This document shows positions 19,325-24,000 of a DNA stretch of 24,000 bases, one piece after another. Each line of letters starts with the position of its first letter. The first letter of the stretch is position 1. The stretch comes from Salmonella enterica subsp. diarizonae (GTDB taxonomy: Bacteria > Pseudomonadota > Gammaproteobacteria > Enterobacterales > Enterobacteriaceae), in NCBI RefSeq assembly GCF_008692785.1, contig NZ_VXJV01000011.1, forward strand, positions 55,580 to 79,579, written 5' to 3'. Both the position numbers and the translations under genes were made by a program. The notes under the pieces were generated by a model. The model saw nothing but the letters and a program-made list of their open reading frames with translations. It ran no database searches and was not told where the DNA came from.

Positions 19325-20161
19325 TTATGCATCGATCAATCGTTGCGGATGGGTATAAACCGTCGCCCGGCCCGGCTTACAGAACCCCACCAGAGTAAGA
19401 TTACACCGTTCAGCGACGTCAACCGCGAGCGTTGTCGCGGCCGACACGGCAAACAGGATCTCCACGCCGCACATCGCCGACTTCTGTACCATTTCATAAC
19501 TGGCGCGACTGGAAACCAGCACCGCGCCCTGGTGCCAGCATTCACCTTCAACGGCGCGACGGCCTAAAAGTTTATCAAGCGCGACATGACGCCCGACATC
19601 CTCATGACCGCCAGCCAGATCGCCAAATGACGTCACCCATGCAGCAGCATGAGTACAACCGGTCAGCTTACCCGTCGGTTGAAAATCATTCAGATGCTTT
19701 AACGCGCGATCAAGGTTAGCGAGATTGAAGGTTTGGGTAAACGGTAGCGGCTGCACTGGCTTACCGATGTCATTGAGCTGTTCAACGCCACACACGCCGC
19801 AGCCAGTGCGACCCGCCAGCGCGCGGCGGCGTTCTTTCAGCCCCATAAAGCGGCGGCTGGAAAGTTCTATCTGCACTTCGAGTCCGTTACAGGACGGCAC
19901 AATGTCCATGCCAAAAACGTCACGCGGGCTGTCAATGATCCCTTCCGACAGAGAAAACCCCATTGCAAAATGCGTCAGATCTTTCGGAGAAGCCATCATA
20001 ACGACATGCGAAATGCCGTTATACACCAGCGCAACAGGCACTTCCTCGGCAACATCATCAAGTTGGGGGTGCTGCAAATCCTCGCGTTTCCAGAGAGTCA
20101 ACTGGCGTGAGGTTGTGAAATTAGTCACATTTAGGACTTCTTCAGACAGTATATTGTTCAC
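19325..20161 (-). CDS. fdhD: Formate dehydrogenase sulfurtransferase/accessory protein FdhD
   Basis: The 278-aa ORF has a conserved core: [24 protein letters not shown] and the cysteine loop RTGCGVCG. It uses a GTG start with a weak SD, so the start is less certain than the rest. Confidence 0.92.
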   Translation of the reverse strand: MNNILSEEVLNVTNFTTSRQLTLWKREDLQHPQLDDVAEEVPVALVYNGISHVVMMASPKDLTHFAMGFSLSEGIIDSPRDVFGMDIVPSCNGLEVQIELSSRRFMGLKERRRALAGRTGCGVCGVEQLNDIGKPVQPLPFTQTFNLANLDRALKHLNDFQPTGKLTGCTHAAAWVTSFGDLAGGHEDVGRHVALDKLLGRRAVEGECWHQGAVLVSSRASYEMVQKSAMCGVEILFAVSAATTLAVDVAERCNLTLVGFCKPGRATVYTHPQRLIDA

Positions 20162-20355
20162 TTTCTTTTAACCATATAAGAACACACACACCAACATTAT
20201 GGTATTCTGTCACAACTCCTCCCGGATGGAGGAAAATTTACCCAATTCTGAACTTTTGCGGGCCCGCCCGCAAAGAAAAATAACAACCACTCCCTGAGCG
20301 TTTCGGATAGAGAAATGTGAAAGAGAAGTGACAATGTCGAAACAAGGAGCAAACC

Positions 20356-23300
20356 ATGCAGGTCAGCAGAAGGCAGTTCTTTAAGATCTGCGCTGGCGGT
20401 ATGGCAGGCACCACGGCAGCGGCACTGGGCTTCGCGCCCGGCGTAGCGCTAGCGGAAACACGGCAATATAAACTGCTGCGCACCCGCGAAACCCGTAACA
20501 CCTGCACCTACTGTTCCGTTGGCTGCGGGCTGTTGATGTACAGCCTCGGCGACGGTGCGAAAAACGCCAAAGCATCTATTTTCCATATCGAAGGGGACCC
20601 GGATCATCCGGTAAACCGTGGCGCGCTGTGCCCGAAAGGGGCCGGTCTGGTGGATTTCATCCACTCTGAAAGTCGCCTGAAATTCCCGGAATACCGCGCG
20701 CCTGGTTCAGATAAGTGGCAACAGATCAGCTGGGAAGAAGCGTTTGACCGCATCGCTAAACTGATGAAGGAAGATCGCGACGCCAACTACCAGGCGCAGA
20801 ACGCCGAAGGCGTTACCGTTAACCGCTGGCTCACTACCGGGATGCTGTGCGCTTCCGCATCCAGTAACGAGACGGGTTATTTAACGCAAAAATTCTCCCG
20901 CGCGCTGGGTATGCTCGCGGTCGACAACCAGGCGCGTGTCTGACACGGACCAACGGTAGCAAGTCTTGCTCCAACATTTGGTCGCGGTGCGATGACCAAC
21001 CACTGGGTCGACATCAAGAACGCCAACCTCGTCGTGGTGATGGGCGGTAACGCTGCGGAAGCTCACCCGGTCGGGTTCCGCTGGGCGATGGAAGCTAAAA
21101 TTCACAACGGCGCGAAGCTGATTGTGGTCGATCCGCGCTTCACGCGTACCGCGTCGGTGGCCGATTTCTATGCGCCAATACGCTCGGGTACTGACATTGC
21201 CTTCTTGTCAGGCGTGATGCTGTATCTGCTGACCAACGAAAAATACAATCGTGAATACACCGAGGCCTATACCAATGCCAGCCTGATCGTGCGTGAAGAT
21301 TTTGGCTTCGATGATGGTCTGTTCACCGGCTATGACGCAGACAAGCGGCAGTACGATAAAACCAGTTGGCACTATGAGCTGGACGAAAACGGCTTTGCCA
21401 AACGCGATACGACACTGCAACACCCGCGCTGTGTCTGGAATCTGTTGAAACAGCATGTCTCTCGTTACACGCCGGATGTGGTAGAAAATATCTGCGGTAC
21501 GCCGAAAGCGGACTTCCTGAAAGTGTGCGAGTACATTGCAGAAACCAGCGCAAAAGATAAAACCGCGTCGTTCCTGTACGCGCTGGGCTGGACGCAGCAC
21601 TCCATCGGCGCGCAGAATATCCGCACCATGGCGATGATCCAGCTTCTGCTCGGCAACATGGGGATGGCAGGCGGCGGCGTTAACGCCCTGCGCGGTCACT
21701 CCAACATTCAGGGGCTGACCGACTTAGGACTGCTGTCGCAAAGTCTGCCGGGCTACCTGACGCTGCCGAGCGAAAAACAGACCGATTTGCAAACCTATCT
21801 GGCTGCCAATACGCCGAAACCATTGCTGAAGGATCAGGTCAACTACTGGGGCAACTACCCGAAATTCTTCGTCTCGATGATGAAGGCCTTCTTTGGTGAT
21901 AAAGCGACAGCGGAAAATAGCTGGGGCTTCGACTGGCTGCCGAAGTGGGACAAAGGGTATGATGTGCTGCAGTACTTCGAGATGATGAAACAGGGCAAGG
22001 TCAACGGTTATATCTGCCAGGGCTTTAACCCGGTGGCCTCATTCCCGAACAAAAACAAAGTGGTCGCGTCGCTTTCCAAACTGAAGTACCTGGTGACTAT
22101 CGATCCGCTCAACACCGAAACGTCCACCTTCTGGCAAAACCACGGTGAGTCGAACGACGTTGATCCCGCGAAAATCCAGACCGAAGTGTTCCGTCTGCCT
22201 TCCACCTGCTTTGCCGAGGAAAATGGTTCCATCGTTAACTCCGGTCGCTGGTTACAGTGGCACTGGAAGGGCGCGGACGCCCCGGGGATTGCCATGACCG
22301 ACGGCGAAATCCTCGCCGGTATCTTCTTACGCCTGCGTAAGATGTACTCTGAACAGGGCGGCGCCAACCCGGAACAGGTGCTGAATATGACCTGGAACTA
22401 CACCAAACCATACGAACCCGCCTCTGAAGAAGTGGCGATGGAGAGTAACGGTAAAGCATTAGCCGATCTTATCGACCCGGCAACCGGCGCGGTGGTGGTG
22501 AAGAAAGGCCAACAGCTCAGTTCGTTCGCGCAACTGCGCGATGACGGTACGACTTCCAGCGGCTGCTGGATTTTCGCCGGTAGCTGGACGCCGGAAGGCA
22601 ACATGATGGCGCGTCGTGATAATGCCGACCCGTCTGGTCTCGGCAACACGCTGGGCTGGGCATGGGCATGGCCGCTTAACCGCCGCATCCTCTATAACCG
22701 CGCCTCCGCAGATCCACAGGGCAATCCGTGGGACCCGAAACGTCAGCTCCTGAAATGGGAAGGCGGAAAATGGGCCGGATGGGATATTCCGGACTACAGC
22801 GCCGCCGCGCCGGGCAGCGACGTCGGGCCATTTATCATGCAACCAGAAGGGATGGGCCGCCTGTTTGCCATCGATAAGATGGCGGAAGGGCCGTTCCCGG
22901 AACACTACGAACCGTTTGAAACGCCGCTGGGCACTAACCCGCTGCACCCGAACGTTATCTCTAACCCTGCCGCCCGTATCTTTAAAGACGATGCCGACGC
23001 GCTGGGTAAAGCGGATAAATTCCCGTATGTCGGAACCACTTACCGTCTGACCGAGCACTTCCACTACTGGACCAAGCACGCGTTGCTTAATGCTATCGCC
23101 CAGCCGGAACAGTTTGTGGAAATTGGCGAGAAGCTGGCGAATAAGCTCGGCATCGCGCATGGCGATACCGTGAAGGTCTCCTCGAACCGCGGCTATATCA
23201 AAGCCAAAGCAGTAGTGACCAAGCGTATTCGCACGCTGAAAGCGGACGGCAAGGATATCGATACCATCGGTATTCCTATTCACTGGGGCTATGAAGGCGT

Positions 23301-23406
23301 GGCGAAAAAAGGCTTTATCGCCAATACGTTAACGCCTTTCGTCGGCGATGCGAACACGCAGACGCCGGAGTTTAAATCCTTCCTTGTGAATGTGGAAAAG
23401 GTGTAA
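20356..23406 (+). CDS. fdoG: Formate dehydrogenase-O major (molybdopterin, selenocysteine) subunit
   Basis: Track ORFs 20356-20943 and 20992-23406 are in the same frame (offset 636 = 212 codons). Reading TGA 20941-20943 as Sec gives 1016 codons, the FdoG length I remember. The context is ARV-U-HGPTVASLAPTFGRGAMTNHW. There is a Tat signal SRRQFFK...ALA and a 4Fe-4S motif CTYCSVGCG. A GGAG SD lies upstream. Confidence 0.95.
20944..20989 (+). promoter_or_regulatory. SECIS hairpin directing selenocysteine insertion at the fdoG TGA
   Basis: The lower stem is gaccaa/ttggtc (20948-53 and 20978-83). The upper stem is gg/cc (20955-56 and 20971-72) plus agca/tgct (20958-61 and 20967-70). T20957 is bulged and the loop is a-G-U-c-u. 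Counting the U of UGA as position 1, the bulged U is position 17 and the loop G and U are positions 23 and 24. This is the SelB-binding geometry established for E. coli fdhF. Confidence 0.8.
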
Positions 23407-23418
23407 CGGAGACGACCT

Positions 23419-24000
23419 ATGGCTTATCAATCGCAAGACATCATTCGTCGTTCCGCCACTAACGGTTTCACCCCCGCGCCCCAGGCGCGGGACCATCAGG
23501 AAGAGGTGGCGAAACTCATCGACGTCACCACCTGTATCGGCTGTAAAGCGTGTCAGGTGGCGTGCTCAGAGTGGAACGATATCCGTGATGAAGTGGGCAA
23601 TAACGTCGGGGTCTACGATAACCCGGCGGACTTAACCGCTAAATCCTGGACGGTGATGCGCTTCTCGGAAGTGGAACAGAACGACAAACTGGAATGGCTG
23701 ATCCGTAAGGATGGCTGTATGCACTGCGCCGATCCCGGCTGCCTGAAGGCATGTCCGGCGGAAGGGGCTATCATCCAGTATGCCAACGGCATTGTCGACT
23801 TCCAGTCCGAGCAGTGTATCGGCTGCGGCTACTGTATCGCTGGCTGCCCATTCAACGTGCCGCGCCTTAACCCGGAAGATAACCGCGTCTATAAATGTAC
23901 GCTGTGCGTTGACCGCGTGGTGGTCGGCCAGGAACCGGCCTGCGTGAAGACCTGTCCAACTGGCGCCATTCATTTTGGCTCGAAAGAGGACATGAAAACG
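23419..24000 (+). CDS. fdoH: Formate dehydrogenase-O iron-sulfur subunit (5' partial, runs off the window)
   Basis: The ATG at 23419 lies 12 nt after the fdoG stop, with a GGAGA SD. The translation starts [49 protein letters not shown]. It also contains the ferredoxin-type cysteine clusters [26 protein letters not shown] and CTLC...CVKTCP. The frame stays open to 24000. It is missing from the ORF track because no stop lies in the window. Confidence 0.93.
   Translation, partial: MAYQSQDIIRRSATNGFTPAPQARDHQEEVAKLIDVTTCIGCKACQVACSEWNDIRDEVGNNVGVYDNPADLTAKSWTVMRFSEVEQNDKLEWLIRKDGCMHCADPGCLKACPAEGAIIQYANGIVDFQSEQCIGCGYCIAGCPFNVPRLNPEDNRVYKCTLCVDRVVVGQEPACVKTCPTGAIHFGSKEDMKT

Noticed and set aside
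20941-20943. Apparent premature stop that would make fdoG a split gene or pseudogene
   Set aside because: The two track ORFs are in the same frame. The flanking peptide is the conserved ARV-U-HGP selenocysteine site of formate dehydrogenases, and a SECIS-type hairpin follows. This is recoding, not a disruption.
22459-23283. 274-aa minus-strand ORF, plus similar ones at 21208-21699, 11048-11737, 9226-9819 and 8498-8902
   Set aside because: All lie entirely antisense within strongly supported genes (fdoG, the FucO-like ADH, rhaA and rhaB). They have Arg/Gly-rich shadow-frame composition. I treat them as non-coding.

Overview
This window reads as ordinary enterobacterial core chromosome, most like Salmonella enterica from memory. 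It is syntenic with the E. coli K-12 cpxR..fdoH region (b3912 down to b3893). Gene order is: cpxR-cpxA; yiiM; sodA; rhaT; rhaR and rhaS (minus strand); rhaB-rhaA-rhaD, a FucO-like iron alcohol dehydrogenase and rhaM; an XRE-cupin regulator divergent from an azlC/azlD-like exporter pair; frvA-frvB-frvX-frvR; a 70-aa DUF1471/YhcN-family secreted protein; fdhD; fdoG; and the 5' part of fdoH. fdoG is one 1016-codon gene with an in-frame TGA selenocysteine codon, which the ORF track splits in two. Several track ORFs have spurious N-terminal extensions, which I trimmed using Shine-Dalgarno spacing and remembered ortholog N-termini. Recognisable regulatory DNA includes a CpxR box, the sodA Fur box and -10, CRP and RhaS/RhaR sites for PrhaT, PrhaSR and PrhaBAD, a SECIS hairpin, the sodA terminator, and four REP/BIME clusters. 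I saw no tRNA, rRNA, CRISPR array, IS element, integrase or phage remnant. I found no convincing novel multi-gene system. The least understood parts are the orphan frv PTS-peptidase-regulator operon and the XRE-cupin/AzlCD module. There are four indel points relative to E. coli K-12: kdgT and yiiG are absent, and the FucO-like gene and the XRE/azlCD module are extra. All homology statements come from reading the translations and from memory of the families; no database search was run.
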